Positions 1 through 62,729 of a stretch of DNA of 64,000 nucleotides are shown piece by piece. Every line of letters begins with the position of its first letter. Position 1 is the stretch's first letter. This DNA is from Flaccisagitta enflata. Lineage: Eukaryota. The stretch is taken from assembly GCA_965153355.1 (NCBI GenBank), contig OZ231126.1:49414001-49478000 (forward strand), given 5' to 3'. A program made the position numbers and the translations under genes. Under the pieces are notes generated by a model. That model worked only from the letters and a program-made list of their open reading frames with translations, had not been told where the DNA came from and did no database searches.

Positions 1-94
1 TGATGGGCAGAGGCTGCGAGTATTTTTCAGTTAATTAAACTCGGCAAGACACAGTGGAGAAAGGCATGAAAATGCGAAAGAAAATTTGCACATT

Positions 95-100
95 TTTATT
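95..100 (-). terminator. Candidate polyadenylation signal AATAAA of giant gene
   Basis: tttatt on + (AATAAA on -), ~175 nt downstream of the stop codon. Confidence 0.5.
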
Positions 101-274
101 CACGTAAAGAAAAGATCATGAGTTTTTTTTTCATTTACAACTCCCTATTTTACACACAAAAGTAGGCGATGAAGATTGTTGAACATATCATCATTCACTT
201 TAGTCTTTCGAATTCCTTATTCAGAGCTTCGATATCGATATCGATATCTTCTCCAGTGTTCTGTGTGTGAATCT

Positions 275-47857
<47,583 letters not shown>

Positions 47858-48465
47858 TTTCGTTCGTCGAGGATCACCGAGGATCCTGTTGATGGGGGAA
47901 AATGTGAAAACATAATGAGTGATATTGACTCAATAATCAGTGATATTAATAAGCTGATTGACAAAAACAGTTTTACCTAGTTTGATCAACACATAACTTA
48001 AAGAGTAGCGCTACTCAATTCGAAGTATGGGCATGAGATCATTTGCCATTCAGAGGCTGTATTCAATTTTTCATCTAATTCAAGAAAAATAAAACGAAGG
48101 AAAAAAAACATACATACAAACAAACAGAAAACAAACAAACACACAAAAAACAAACAAACAATCAAACAAGCAATCGAACCAACAAACAAACAAGCAAAAA
48201 GACAGCTACGAATAATCGGAGTGTTATATTATGAATAGGATGATAGCAGATGCATCTTCATCAAACTCTGTTCTCCTCGTACTATCTGCTCGAAATTGAG
48301 CGTTTACCCATTGCATTCCTGACATTCATTGCAAATTTGAACGTCCCGTTGCCTGTCTATGTGATTACCTGTCTGTCTGTCTGTTTGTCTGACTGTCTGT
48401 CTGTTTGATTGTCTGTCTATCTACCGTCAATCATTCTCTTTGTTCGCCAGACTGTCTGTCAGTCA

Positions 48466-48537
<72 letters not shown>

Positions 48538-48680
48538 GTTCTCACTCTTTCAGGGCTCGGCAAGATTTTCTCACTAGTTTCTGCCTACAATATCTACGCA
48601 TGAGTATTCTCAAATATATCTATGTACCTGTATAATGTATCCGAATTTTGAATGTTTTTGATTTAAGTAGCATTGAAATA

Positions 48681-48988
48681 CAGGCGTGTATAAAGTTGAG
48701 AGGGGGGAATAAAATCAAAGGGTTTGAAGATGGGGAAAAAAATCAAAAGCTAAAAAAGAAGAAAAAATAAATGTTTTAAAGATTTAACACTTTTGGTAGT
48801 TCCAAATGGTAGTCTCTGATTACTACAACACATTCTAACACTATTTAAACCCATAATATACTGTTTTATTGCTTTGTGGGGAAGAAAATTATAGATTTTG
48901 TAATTTCACGCGACGTGTCGCGGGGAAGACAATCAAAGGCAGGGGGGGGGGAATAAAATCAAAAGCCGCTCAATTATATACACCCCTG
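48681..48988. mobile_element. Possible MITE
   Basis: ta|CAGGCGTGTATAAAGTTGAG ... CTCAATTATATACACCCCTG TIR-like ends; internal repeats of ggggaataaaatcaaa. Confidence 0.5.
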
Positions 48989-49711
48989 TTGAAATACTAA
49001 AAGTTTTGCAACAATATATCTTGAGAGGTTTTTTACCTTTTATTTCTTTTTTTTATTCTCTTTTTTTTTTTAAAGATTTTCTCCTCCTGCCTACAAAATC
49101 AGCTTGCTGCCTACAAGCATTGCCTGCGTGCTTGGGAACTTTGCCGTACCCTGCTCTCTATTTTTCTCAAGACAGACAGGGAGGCATTAAAGATGTGACC
49201 ATACTTTTCTGCCATCACGAGATTCTAAAAAGACGCATCTCGATGGGAAAGATGAAAAAAAAAAAATAGTTTGACGAAAGTTTCCAAATTTCTTTTATTG
49301 GAAAAAAGTCGAATTACGTAATTCGACTTTTTGAAACGTATGGGAGAAATAAAGTTTTCCATTTTCGGTTTGAGGCAATTTTAGCAAGTTGTGCAGTTTT
49401 GGGGCTGGGATGATACATTTTTTGATATTCACAGCTAAGAAAGAGCTGATTTTTCTCTTTCAAATGGCGCCAACCAGAAGTCTCTACGATGATTAGTTTA
49501 GGAGTTATGAATTTTTTAATCTTTTTTTATTTTTTCGCATTTTGCAAAAATTGAGATTTTTCATTAATCCCAATTTTTGGCTATATATGTAACAATAAGT
49601 AAAAATAAACATGTTACGCTTATTGACCCTGACTTTTATGATGCTAGCTTTTACTTTTTACCTTAAATGAACTGCATCTGTTCAATGGAGGCAGCAGTTA
49701 ACGCTATCCAT

Positions 49712-49907
<196 letters not shown>

Positions 49908-50099
49908 GATAGAGATAGAGAGGAAGAGAGAGACAGTGACAGAGACAGAGAGAGACAAACAAACAAACAGACAGACAGACAGACAACAGAGACAGAAAGA
50001 GAGAAAGATAGAGAGAAACAGAGACAGAGAGACAGAGACAGAGAGACAGAGAGACAGAGAGAGAAAGAGAGACAGAGTGAGACAGAGAGACACATACAC

Positions 50100-50164
<65 letters not shown>

Positions 50165-51807
50165 GAGGAAGGAAGACCAAGAGGGAAAAGAGACAAAGAG
50201 AAACAGAGATTGAAAGACAAAAACAAACTAGCAATCAACTAGAAATGAGATGCACACACAAAAGAACATGCACTGAAAAAAAAGACTCCCATTTACGACT
50301 TTTTTTCCGGTCGGCGATTAGCCGCCTTTATTGTATACTTATTGTTTATATGTTCTCGGAAAGTTCTTTACATGTAAGAAAAAGATTTCAAGGGTGAAAG
50401 TTCAGTCGGTTCAAAAAATATGTTTTCGTCCAAATCTTCTATGTCGATCCAGAATCATCTTACATTAAATCAGACGTCAATCGGTCCGCCACAAAAAGAA
50501 ATTTGAAAACAAAGGGTATTCTTATCAACATCGTTCCTCTCCATCGCAGCCGACCATCTTAAACCCCCCTTCTCCCTCCTCCACTGCGTTAGCAAACATA
50601 CTATACCATTTCATTTGTGATGAATACACTTTTTTCATATAAGAGACAACTTTTTTTTAAATCAGCCTGGGTGTTCTTAAATTTTTAGCCGTTTTCAGCC
50701 TGAAATTCTCTTAGTGTTCTTAATTTTGTCGCAATTTTTAGGTTTATAGATTGTACAAATATACCTTATTTAGAACAATTGTATCGTAAACTTGAACTAT
50801 TATGTTTTTTTTTTTAATAATGCTGGTTTTCATAGGCAAACTAAAAAAAGAAGTTATTTTTAAAGATAAAAACTTATATTTTTGAATGATTTGAATAAAA
50901 TTCATTTTTTAGATAAGAAATTTAGAAAAAAAGTTCTTTTGATGACAGCCAAAACTAAATCTCAGCCTGGGCATTCTCTTATTTTGCTCTTAAAATTTTG
51001 GCAAATCTCAGGCTCATGTCTCTTATAAACTGGTCTCTTATATAAAAAAAAGTGTATCTCTACTGAATCGACAGAAGTCTGTCCTGTGTACCTTTCAACA
51101 GCTGACTAACATTGACCTCCATAATTTGATAGCAATAGATGAAACTCTAATTGGCAATCAACAGAAAAAAAAAACAAACCACGAACGTGACATGCAATTG
51201 GTGTTGGTTACTTAATTGTCTAATTTGTCTGATTAGGAAAACGACGAAGGAGGAAATAAATCATTTTTGAGTTTCATAACCAATCATTCACTGACCAGCC
51301 GCTTAATTGGCTTCATTACTGGGCCATCAATCATAAATGAGCTCTATCAAACCTCAGACGAGGTCAGACTTGCACGGCTACTTAGACGCGTGTGAGAACA
51401 CTGGAGATGCGATAGAAATACAGTTGAACCCCACAATAATGGAAATCCGCCTATAATGTACGCACAACTTTGGCCTACTTGAATTATTCAATATCTTTTC
51501 TTATATTGGCATTGATCAAATCCACAATTTTGCCATCAGCCAAAAGTTTTTTTTTGCTATTCAGTTTTTTTGGCTGATATTAAAGTGTCCGGTGAGCCCA
51601 GTATGATAAGTTCTGAACTCATGAAAAAACAAAAACATACTGCTAATTGGTGAAAAATGTCAGTCGATTGAGATCCGTTATTGCAATTCTTTGATAAAGC
51701 TTCATAGATCAGGATCTAAAACCATCATAACGAGCGGAATATAACCATTAACAAATACTAACAAATACTATCAAATGCTATCAACACTACTCCACTGATC
51801 AACTTAC

Positions 51808-52495
51808 CAAATTAGGAATGATTTGTGGATCCAATCAGCAGGGATCCAAATATCGGAGAAAAATCGGAGAAAAAAACAAACAATCAAATTCGTGAGAGAA
51901 AGATGAAGAGATTCGCGTGAAGGTTTTGCGCAAAAGTCAAGATTTTTACAACTTAGTACAAGTCTGGATTATCGAACGATCGAAAGAAAGAAAGAGAGAA
52001 AGAAGGATTTCTCTTTGAGTTCATTTGAGTCAATTATGAATTCGTTGATGCGTGAAGAAGCGCGAGATTGGATCATTGATAAAACAAAGGAAAAAATACT
52101 GCGTTTGTGCTGATGATGATGATTATGATGATGATGATGATAGTGTTGGAATTGTTCAATGATGATTATTGTAATGTTGCGTTGGTTCTGTTATGTATTT
52201 TACTTTGTTGCTTTGAATGAATGATGCTTGATGTTAGTTGATATCGTGTTGTTGCAGTTGTGGTTTGGTTATTTTTTGGTATACAATTGTTTATATCACA
52301 ATGGATGTTTCTTTCTTCTTCAAGGTTGTTGCTTTATCAGGTTGATCATTACTTTTAAGCAGTTGGTTAAAGAAAAATTACAAGAGGAATTGAATGTCTC
52401 TTTTTTACACTACTCGATTTCCCTCCCGAGTATTTTTTCTTTAACCCAACAATACTTTTCTTTCTTTTTCCCCAAAAGTTGGAGGAAATCGAAGT
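51808..52495 (-). other. Candidate non-coding first exon (5' UTR) of giant gene
   Basis: Runs from the Inr to a strong G|GTAAGT donor at 51807, which pairs with the otherwise unexplained acceptor at 47886 just upstream of the ATG. Confidence 0.45.
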
Positions 52496-52525
52496 GAAGA
52501 GCATTGGGCGACCCCAGTTTATATA
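52490..52525 (-). promoter_or_regulatory. Candidate core promoter: TATA box + initiator
   Basis: On the minus strand TATATAAA (52525-52518) lies exactly 30 nt before the A of TCACTT (Inr-like, 52495), with a GC-rich patch just upstream. Confidence 0.55.
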
Positions 52526-52667
52526 TACACGCTCTCTCTCTCTTTCCGCTCTTCCTCGGCGCGGCAGCCCGGGCGGAGATCGAAGGAGGGAGACAGAGAG
52601 ACAGAGAGACAGAGACAGAGAGGAATGGATAGAGAGAGAGGGGAGAGGCGCGTTTGTTCTTGCGGAG

Positions 52668-52724
<57 letters not shown>

Positions 52725-53532
52725 TGACAGACAATGAGGATATGCGTCAGCGTTTTGACCCTTCATGTCGATCCGAAAGCGGAGGTTCACGGGAAGAAGA
52801 AGTCAAACATGAAATTCTGGATGAAGGAGGAGAGGGAGGAAAGGAAGAAGAAGAAGAAGAAGAAGAAGAAGAAGAAGAAGAAGAAGAAGAAGAAGAAGAA
52901 GAAGAAGAAGAAGAAGAAGAAGAAGAAGAAGATAAAAAAGAAGAATGAAAAAAAAAGAAGAAGAAGAAGAAGAAGAAGGATAGTCATCACCCAGGTCCTG
53001 CAAGTGGTAGAGCTATCTTTTTTATGATCTTTTAAAAAAACTAAACAATGATGAACCTTATGGGGTGTCTAATGTTATCACTAATCACCAAGGTTGAATC
53101 GTGCACCTGAACAGCGGCGTAGAATAGTTAAGATTTTTAAGACTGCTAATTCCTTATTTCAATTTGTGTTTATTTGAATTAATGTCCCAATGTAAACTAA
53201 CTTATGCTTTTTACTGGATAAATTTCAACAAGGCTTGATACACAGCCAAAAAGTTATCACTTGCAGGTTAAAACAGTAATGGGATAGGCCAGGGCTATTT
53301 TGAGATTGCGCAGGAACTGTAATGATCTAAAAACTACTTTTTGATCAATAGTATACCATCTGAAATTTTTGTATTACTCTTGTGCAGACAGATCTAGAGA
53401 CTCACTCTCTGATAGAGTCGCTTAGCCAGTGATTGAGAACAGTGGTTTTACTTTGGTAAAACACCACTTGATTTTGATCATTTCTAATAATAGACAATTC
53501 ACTCTTTTTCTGTTTTCTCTTCTTTTCCTCCT

Positions 53533-55093
53533 TTTTGGGCAGCGGCCCCAAAGGGCACAAAGTTCTATAAAATAGATGGGGACTTTCATTCATCATTCCA
53601 TCTGTTTGCTGAGATGGCTATTTTAAAGCCTGTGAAGGTAGATTGGTTGATTTTAAGAGCGAGAGGGCTGAATTGGGTGCCTGAGAAGCCAGATTTGAGG
53701 CCTGAGAGGGCTGATTTGAAGCCCAGAAGGCCAGGAGGACTTTTTGGGCAGGTGCCCTGGAGGGGTCAATGACCTATGGTTCCACACAGGGTAATTTTTC
53801 CGATCTAATGTTTTCTCATCCCCTCCCCCGCAGCCTCAAATTAGGCCTATCAGACCCCAAATTAGGCCTCTCAGAGCCCACACCAGGCCTCGCAGACCCC
53901 AAATCAGGCCTCTCAGACCCCAAATCAGGCCTCACAGACCCCCAATCAGGTCTCTCAGACTCCAAATCAGACCTCTCAGACCCCAAATTAGGCCTCTCAG
54001 AACCCAAATCAGGCCTCTCAGACCTCAAATCAAACCTTTCTGGCCTTGAACCAGGCTGTTTAAACCTCATTTCATGACCCAACATGTTATATCAAAGACC
54101 TCATACACATTCAACATGCAAAACAAAATTGTCCTGTGTGGAATCATAGGTCATCAGCCCCTCTGGGGCCGCTGCCCCATTACCTCAACACCACAATACT
54201 AAATGATATCAATGGGGCATTGCACACTCGACTGATTCGCAAAGGGTAATGAGCATCTAATCATGGGCTTTAATCCATCCTCAAATTAGTCATAGCAATT
54301 AGTCATAGAATTAGTCATAGCAACAACTAACTTAAAAGTTAAAATCGCCTGATTTCTACAAAAGGATTTTCATCAGAAAGAAAAACAACTTCGCGATTTA
54401 CAATTAAACAAAGTAAGTGTGATTGGGAACCGCTGACCATAATGACGCTTGAGCGACCTGTTTTTTGGGCAGCGGCCCTGAAGGGGATGAAGTCCTGTAG
54501 AACACTGGGGCAATCTGTCAGTCTGTCTGTATGTCTGTCCGTCCGTCCGTCTGTATGTACGTATGTACATCTGTTCCCCCTACCCCATCCTTAGGGCTTC
54601 ATCTCCCTAGGGGCCCAAATCCAAGCAAAATGGCCTCAATCTAAGCAAAATGGCCCAAATCCAAGCAAGATGGCCCAAATCCAAGCAAAATGGCCCAAAT
54701 TTGCCTAGAAGACCTGCATTCTGGTCTGAGTTCCATCATTTTAGATTCTGCCTTCTGATACCCAGATTCTGGCTTCTGATACCCATATTCTGGCTTCTAA
54801 AACCCACACCCTAACCTTAGAGACCCAGATCTTGATCACTGGGTCCCATATTCTAGTCTCTGAGTCCTAGGTTCTGGCTTAAAACACCTAAATCCGGGCC
54901 TCAGAAACTCAAATCCTTGCCTCAGAGACTCAAATCCTGGCCCCTGAGATTAAGAAACTGGTCTCTGAGGCCCAGATTCTACAGGACTTTGTCCCCTTTG
55001 GGGCCGCGGCCCTGCTCCCCCTCAACCTAAATCACATACTAATCAAGCAGGGCACGGGTACTGCTGACCACTTACTGCCTTTGGGCTGCTATT
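53533..55093 (+). mobile_element. Cluster of three head-to-tail family A-type elements
   Basis: GGGCAG heads at ~53537, ~53746 and ~54466, each followed by a different tandem array. Tails at 54425-54461 and 55049-55093. Confidence 0.65.
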
Positions 55094-55592
55094 ATTTGCT
55101 GGAACTTAAGTCCCAAAAATATTTGCGTCCCTATAAAAGGGACTGCCATGGCGCCTCCGGCAGTCCCGTTTCCTACCCCTCGGTTACTGAGGACATCAAT
55201 GATTTGGGTACGCTGCCCAAGGCGAAGAAGAAGAAGAAGAAGAAGAAGAAGAAGAAGAAGAAGAAGAAGAAGAAGAAGAAGACGAAGAAGAAGAAGAAGA
55301 AGAAGAAGAAGAAGAAGAAGACGAAGAAGAAGAGGTGGAAGATAGGGCGACGGAAAGGGAAGAAGATTTTGTGAGCTTAATTATAGGCAGCTGCTTTAAC
55401 GTCCACACACATTTATGTTATAGAAGCAAAGATCCTTTCTTCGTCTCCCTCGACTTTTTCTCGATTTTCGATGTTCGTACATAAGATTTGGAGAAGTGAA
55501 AGAGGTCTTCTAGAAAAGTGAAAGATAGAAAAATATCCGGACGGCAAAGTTGAAAGGGCGGAGGCCAAATCATGAGGCATCATAAATGACTA

Positions 55593-56338
55593 CAGGGTGT
55601 CCCAAGTCAGTTGTAACATAAAGAATCGACATATCTCTGCTTTAAAGTCCTTAAACTGATTTCTGAAAAAAAAGATCTTGGTCTGCACTTTTTGCATGCA
55701 AAATTTCATGACAATCGGACTATTTATTTAGGAACCACACTTTTTTTAAATACACAAGTGGTTTCTTACTTGTTGCTGCACTTGGAAGTAACTGTCTGTA
55801 ACTGCTTGGCATTTTTCAACCAATTGAGCTAAAACCCTGCGACTGGTCTCAAATGGCAGATAATTTGTTATAGATTTTAGATCACCAAAAAAATTTGACA
55901 ATTTATCAAAATTTTGTAAGTTTTTTATTGACTTTTTTTAGATATCCCCTTTTGATTTTGAAAATCTTTGACCAAAATCATCAATATAGTCATTAATTGT
56001 CAAAATTTTCCAAGATTTCAAAGCAGTTGTACAATCTATGTACAATTATCTTTCATTTTAGGCCAATCCCAGATTTTTAGATCAATTCGTCAAAAAATAG
56101 CAGATGGTTAGAGTCAGCTACTTTCAAATACAGCTATGAAAAAGACAATTTTCTACTTAATATTACCACTCATTTGATATTTTTCTGATCCGCAACTATT
56201 CAATTACCAAAGTGGAAGTTTGGTATAACAAAAAGTGCAAACCTAGATCTTCATAGATCTTTTTTCAGAAATTTATTTAAGGACTTAAAAGCAGAGATAT
56301 GTCGATTCTTTATGTTACAACTGACTTGAGACACCTTG
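55593..56338. mobile_element. Tc1/mariner-type MITE with TA target duplication
   Basis: ta|CAGGGTGTCCCAAGTCAGTTGTAACATAAAGAATCGACATATCTCTGC.. mirrored by ..GCAGAGATATGTCGATTCTTTATGTTACAACTGACTTGAGACACCTTG|ta. Confidence 0.82.
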
Positions 56339-58231
56339 TAGATGCAAAAACCTGAAGTGGTCCGCGGAACAATTTGCTTTGTGTAAGTGATGAGGTCGAG
56401 CAGGACAAGCAAGACTTGGTAGTGAGTTTGAATAATTTGACCAACCCCCGCGCGTGCATGCTCACTCAATTTCATTGGTATTAGTTTTATGGATCAGACA
56501 TCATTGATCTAACAAACGAAGGAACTCGCAGGACAGACAGATCTATGAACGGAACGATGGATGGAGTGGTATCCAAAAAGTACCCTTCCTCTAACCCCCC
56601 CCCCCCCCCCCATCTCTGGTCGTTAAGGATTCTAACGTCTGGGCGAGATTGTGCGAATGAGCCTTATTTCTCGGGCTAAGGATGAGTCAACCCTCTCAAC
56701 TGAATTTCTTTGTTTTGAAACAAGAGACGGACGTATGAGAAATTCATTGACGCAAGTTATGAAAAAAAAAAAAGAAAAAAGAAAAGGTCGAGGAAATGAA
56801 ACAAAAGCGTCATGGACATAAATGAGGATGCAAATGAAATGAAACCGACGTCAGACTGAGAAGAGGCATACATGATCGAATGGCAATAAAAACAGGTCGT
56901 ATAAAAATGGGTAGCGCTCTGAGTTGGGTTGTTGGATAGATTAGTGAAGGTGGGTAGTGAGAAAAAAAATGCTCTCTTCACCCTCAGTAATCGGTGGAAA
57001 TACAATGGAGTTTGCAAGTAAACTCCACAAATGCGGTTGTCAATTTCTGGTCTTAGGGTCAAATCCGAGTTCTTTGAACACAATTGTAGTTTTTCTTCAC
57101 AACATCAAAAATAGCAATTAAAAGCATATGTAATGTATGAACGCATCAACAGACAGACCGACCAATGTAAGGACCAAAAACTGAAAAAAATAACCCTCTT
57201 TAAAAGTTGTAAAAATGCTTTTCCAAGCAAGATTGGGTTTCGCGTTTTGTAAGCCACAGAAATTAATAGACACAGAAGCATTTCATGATGTTTTGTCTTT
57301 AATATAGCTGCAAGAGATAAATTTTGCTTAAAGAAGGAACTTGTAACCTAAAACTACCAAATAAAATCAAAAGACAACCGCATTGACGGAGTTTTCTTCA
57401 TACTTTATTCTATTTCCAAAAAAAAGCCAAATTGAGATGCGTGTCTTGGAACATTCACTTGTAATTTCATTACACTTTTTATCTTTTATAAGAACCTAGT
57501 TTATAAGAACATCAAGGCTTGAAATTGTCTCAAAATTAAGAACATCGTGGTTTTTTTATTAGTAGCTATCTCTATCTCTTTTGAAGGCTTTGGCCAAAAA
57601 ATGACGTTCTTATAAAAAATAAAAAGTGTATGAAGGATACAGTGCAAATGCAGAACAGAAGTTTGCCTCTACTACCAGTGCTTGCGATACGATTCGCCAA
57701 ATGCTCTCTTCATATCCAGCCCATCGTATGTAGTTGCATCTTTGGACGCCAATAAAACCCTATAAAAATCAGTCGCGGACAATTGGAAAGAGCTGTAGTG
57801 TACATTGTACCATGCAAACCCGCTCGCAAAAAATGATGCGATGGACGGACGAATCAATTGACGACATAGCGACTTAGAAATGGCCCAAGTACGTGTCGAA
57901 ATAAGCTCAAGCAATGAAGGCGGGGGGAGGGGGAGAGGGAATCTGGAGGAGGTGTTCATTGGGTGTCTAAGTTCTGAATTGAATTGAATTCTCAGAAATT
58001 CAAAACAGACGACAGCGTTCAGTTTAGATGCCTTTTAAACACAAGGAAAAAAAAATCAAACAAAAAAGGCAGAAAGTAAACAATAAAACAACTGGCAACA
58101 GGACCCCCGACAATATCCCCCTCTGCCTTCCCCTCGAGCTGCATCCCGGAGAACGAGCGCCCAAATACCCTCGAGCAAGATCCGTTTTCCTTGAAGGATC
58201 TCTTCATAAGGCTCACCGTTGCCGGCCGATC

Positions 58232-58389
<158 letters not shown>

Positions 58390-58813
58390 TTACCACATTT
58401 ATATGGTTTTAGGTGTAAGAATCATCTATGGCATATAACAATTGTTTTTTGCAAATGAGTAAGGTTGAATCATTCTACAACCTTTGATATAAGCCTAAAG
58501 TTAGACGCTCATGTAGGGAACAAAACATTAGTGTCAGAGTACAGAATTGACTGAAAAAGGCAGTTTCTAGATTTCCAGAAAAATGGCGCTAAAATGCTCT
58601 TACTTAAGCCTCTTGTTTGATGAAAAAAATTGGGGCAATTTGACAATTCACTTTGAGACCAAAACCTGAAATGAACGCCCAATTGCTAGTTAAGCATATA
58701 GAAAAGTGCAGAAAATATTTTCTAATAATTTTTGTCAATGGAAATAACAAATAAAGATTTCCCTTTTTTTTGGCGCCAAAGCTGGCGCAATTCTATTACC
58801 TAATCCTGATCAG

Positions 58814-58907
<94 letters not shown>

Positions 58908-59495
58908 CTCCCCTCTCCCCACTCTCTCCATCATTAGTCCTCTTTTATGGGTTTGCGAGATATATCAAGGATGTTTTTGAAAGACGATATAATTAGATCA
59001 GGATTTGAATTGAACCGTTTTGGTGAAATTGAAGAAAGTCGTACATGATTTTTTGAACAGACAAGGCCGTATAAACGGGAGGACTAGTCGCTTGGAGGTG
59101 GGCAGGGGTAGGACTAGTCACGTGGAGTTTGGCAAGGGCAAGACAAGTCGCGTGAAGGTGAACAGGGTCGGGACTAGTCGCGTGGAGGTGGGCAGGGGCA
59201 GGACCAGTCACTTGGAGCTGAGAAGGGGCAGTATATCATACAAAAAAACTTGGTTGCGGAAAGATTAGTCGTTCCACTGAAAATTGATATTGAAGTGCAG
59301 CCTACGTTCGTTCACATCGCTCACACCGCTGACTCGCTCCACTCGCTCACTCTGTTCATGTGATATCTCACTTCGCACACTCGTAGAATGGCGGGAAAGC
59401 GGAAAAGATAGAGGTATAAGAATCAACGATGGAGACAAACGCTTTAGAAGAAACGCCTCATATCCTACTCCGTTTTTTGGCGATACTCTGCATCA

Positions 59496-60033
59496 TAACA
59501 GAGTGTGCAAAATCATCCGTTATTGCTTCATGGAAAGATAACTGTACTTAAAAGTGACGTAGCACTATGAAATTTGGACCAGAGTGCCCTAGTTAATTAT
59601 ACTAGATGCTAAAATTAATTGCTGGTCTTTTCTATACCCCTTATCACTAAGGCAGTCAATTGATTTGAAGCATAGATTTTGATTTTTACAGGGTTTTATT
59701 TCATAAGCAAAATAGGTTACCAACTTAAAGATTCTTGTGTTCGTGACTACTCAATAATGATTTTCTTTGCTTGGCACACATTATGCTGAAGCCTCATGAG
59801 GGAAGTAAATCATATCAATATGAATGGAGCTCATTAAAGCAAATAAACTAAGCTTAAAGAGCAAGAAAAACTATTATCAAAATTTTAGATTATTTTAACA
59901 ACTTTTTTTGAGAAATGTTTTGTAAGGGTAAACTTTACCTAAAAAATTTAGTTACCGACTTTCAAAAAACATTACCTTTAAGGTTTTAGAGAAAATTATG
60001 GGCCAATTGCGGATTATTTTGCACACCCTGTTA
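59496..60033. mobile_element. MITE
   Basis: TAACAGAGTGTGCAAAATCATCCG ... CGGATTATTTTGCACACCCTGTTA imperfect TIRs. Confidence 0.6.
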
Positions 60034-60355
60034 TAAGACGCGATCAAGATCCACGAAATGTTCAACATACAGACGAACTTATTACCTGTAGTCTCCAAGT
60101 CTAATCAAATTCCAAAAATAGATTTTGCCGTCAGAGCTCTTTTTCTTCTTTTAGCAGTTCTCACCCCATAGGCATAGATCCGTTTCTATCTTCCCTCTTC
60201 CCCCTTTCAACCATTCATCTATCATGTTAATCTTCAAGATATCCGTTAAGGACCTTATATCTCGAGGATAAGTGTGTAATTTTTTCTCTCCTGTCACTTT
60301 CTTCACGTTATGAAGTAACTATCATTATCAATGTTGCAAAAGAGTTGTCACAAGT

Positions 60356-60462
<107 letters not shown>

Positions 60463-60703
60463 AATCTGAAAGTGAATATTATTAATGACAAGGGTTAAGA
60501 GGGACATGAAGGTACATGGATATGGATAATGTCAGATGAGGGCATCGAAAGTGCGGAATAAAGGGTAAGTATTTCAACATTGTCTGTCCATTTCACAACG
60601 GCTACCTTTTCCCTTTCAGCGGTCAGCCAAGTTTCGAGTTGCCGTTGTGCATTGTGTAAGTGTGTGTTCGTAAGTGTGTGTCCGTGTATGTGTGTCCGAC
60701 ATG

Positions 60704-61421
<718 letters not shown>

Positions 61422-61998
61422 CCAAATCCCCCCGCCACCCCCCCCCCCTCAGCTCGCGTTACTTGATCATTTGTAAAAAACTTGACATCTTGTTCACGCA
61501 TAATTACATTTTTCACCTTGTTGCAAGGGGGTGTTACATTAACAAATCTGTTATTCATTAATTATCGTCGTCGTCAATTCATCACCATTTCAAGGTTATC
61601 AAACATCTTTTTCGTCTATTGTTATCAAATTTATTTGTCCAGTTTCATTCAAGTTCAGATTCATAATCTTAGTACAAATACTTTAGGAATAAAAATGCCA
61701 AAAATGACTGGGTACGTAACGTCGGTTTAGATAGGGATAGTTGAACATTTCGGAGCATCTTAGCGAAACACTCAGTTTCTGATACTCCCTCATTTCATCG
61801 AAATTTTATCTATGCTGAATACGAATCATATTCACACTAATCACATAACGATTATGGCATACGCATAAAATCCATATCCTGATTCATGACAAATTAAGTT
61901 TTTGGAGTCTGCACATGATCCGAAATCTGGTTTCGTCTGTGGTCACTGGTCAGTGCAAAAGGATAAAAATAGATCATGAGAGAGTGAAAAAAAGAAGT

Positions 61999-62550
61999 AA
62001 TAGTCGCAAAAGCGTTAGATGGTCGGCGGTACCCGTTGCCCCTGTTATAATTTGTGTGGGTGTGAAGGAGTTGGAGGGGCAGCGGCCCTGAGGGGACTGA
62101 TGACTTATGCTTTCAGTAAGTGATTGTAAAAGGTGAAGTATGGGTTTAGGGGTTGAGATATGGGCCTTAAGGCTAAAATTTTGGCCTTGAGCTTGGGTTG
62201 TTAGGCTTGAATTTGGGCCTTGAGGCTGGGATTTGGGCTTTGAGGCTGGGCTATGGCCTCGAAGCTGGAATTTGGACCTCAAGGCTGGGATTTGGGCCTC
62301 AGGGCTAGGATTTGGGAATCAAGGCTAGGATGTGAGCCTCAAGGCTGGGATTTAGGCTTTGAGCTGGGATTTAGGCCTTGAAGCTGGATTGTGGGCCCGA
62401 GACTGGAAATTGGGCTTCAAGGTTGGGATTTAGGCCCTGAGGCTGAGAGGGGGGGGGGGGGTTAGAAGGAGAAGAAGAAGGAGAAAAAGGAGAAAATTTT
62501 GCATATGAGAAAGCATAGGAGATCGGCCCTTTCAGGGCCGCTGCCCAAAA
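61999..62550 (-). mobile_element. Family A element copy, reverse orientation
   Basis: Reverse complement of the 1052-1569 structure (aatagtcgcaaaagcg..ggtacccgttgccc..; ..gccgctgcccaaaa). Confidence 0.7.
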
Positions 62551-62729
62551 AGCAAAAATCAGCCATAGAAAACATCGTAACTAGAATCGGTGCGGAATAT
62601 TTTTGATGGCAACGAACTATATAAGTAACATGAAAGATTTTACCTTATAAGATAGATCATACAACATACATTCTTTCAACGTTTCAAGTTTAACCATGGC
62701 AAAAAAAAAAGTAGACGCCATGTTTTGAT

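Noticed and set aside
53769-54085. Heptad-repeat ORFs (PKSGLSD)n / (SERPDLG)n
   Set aside because: They result from the 21-bp minisatellite inside the non-autonomous element; other copies are frameshifted.
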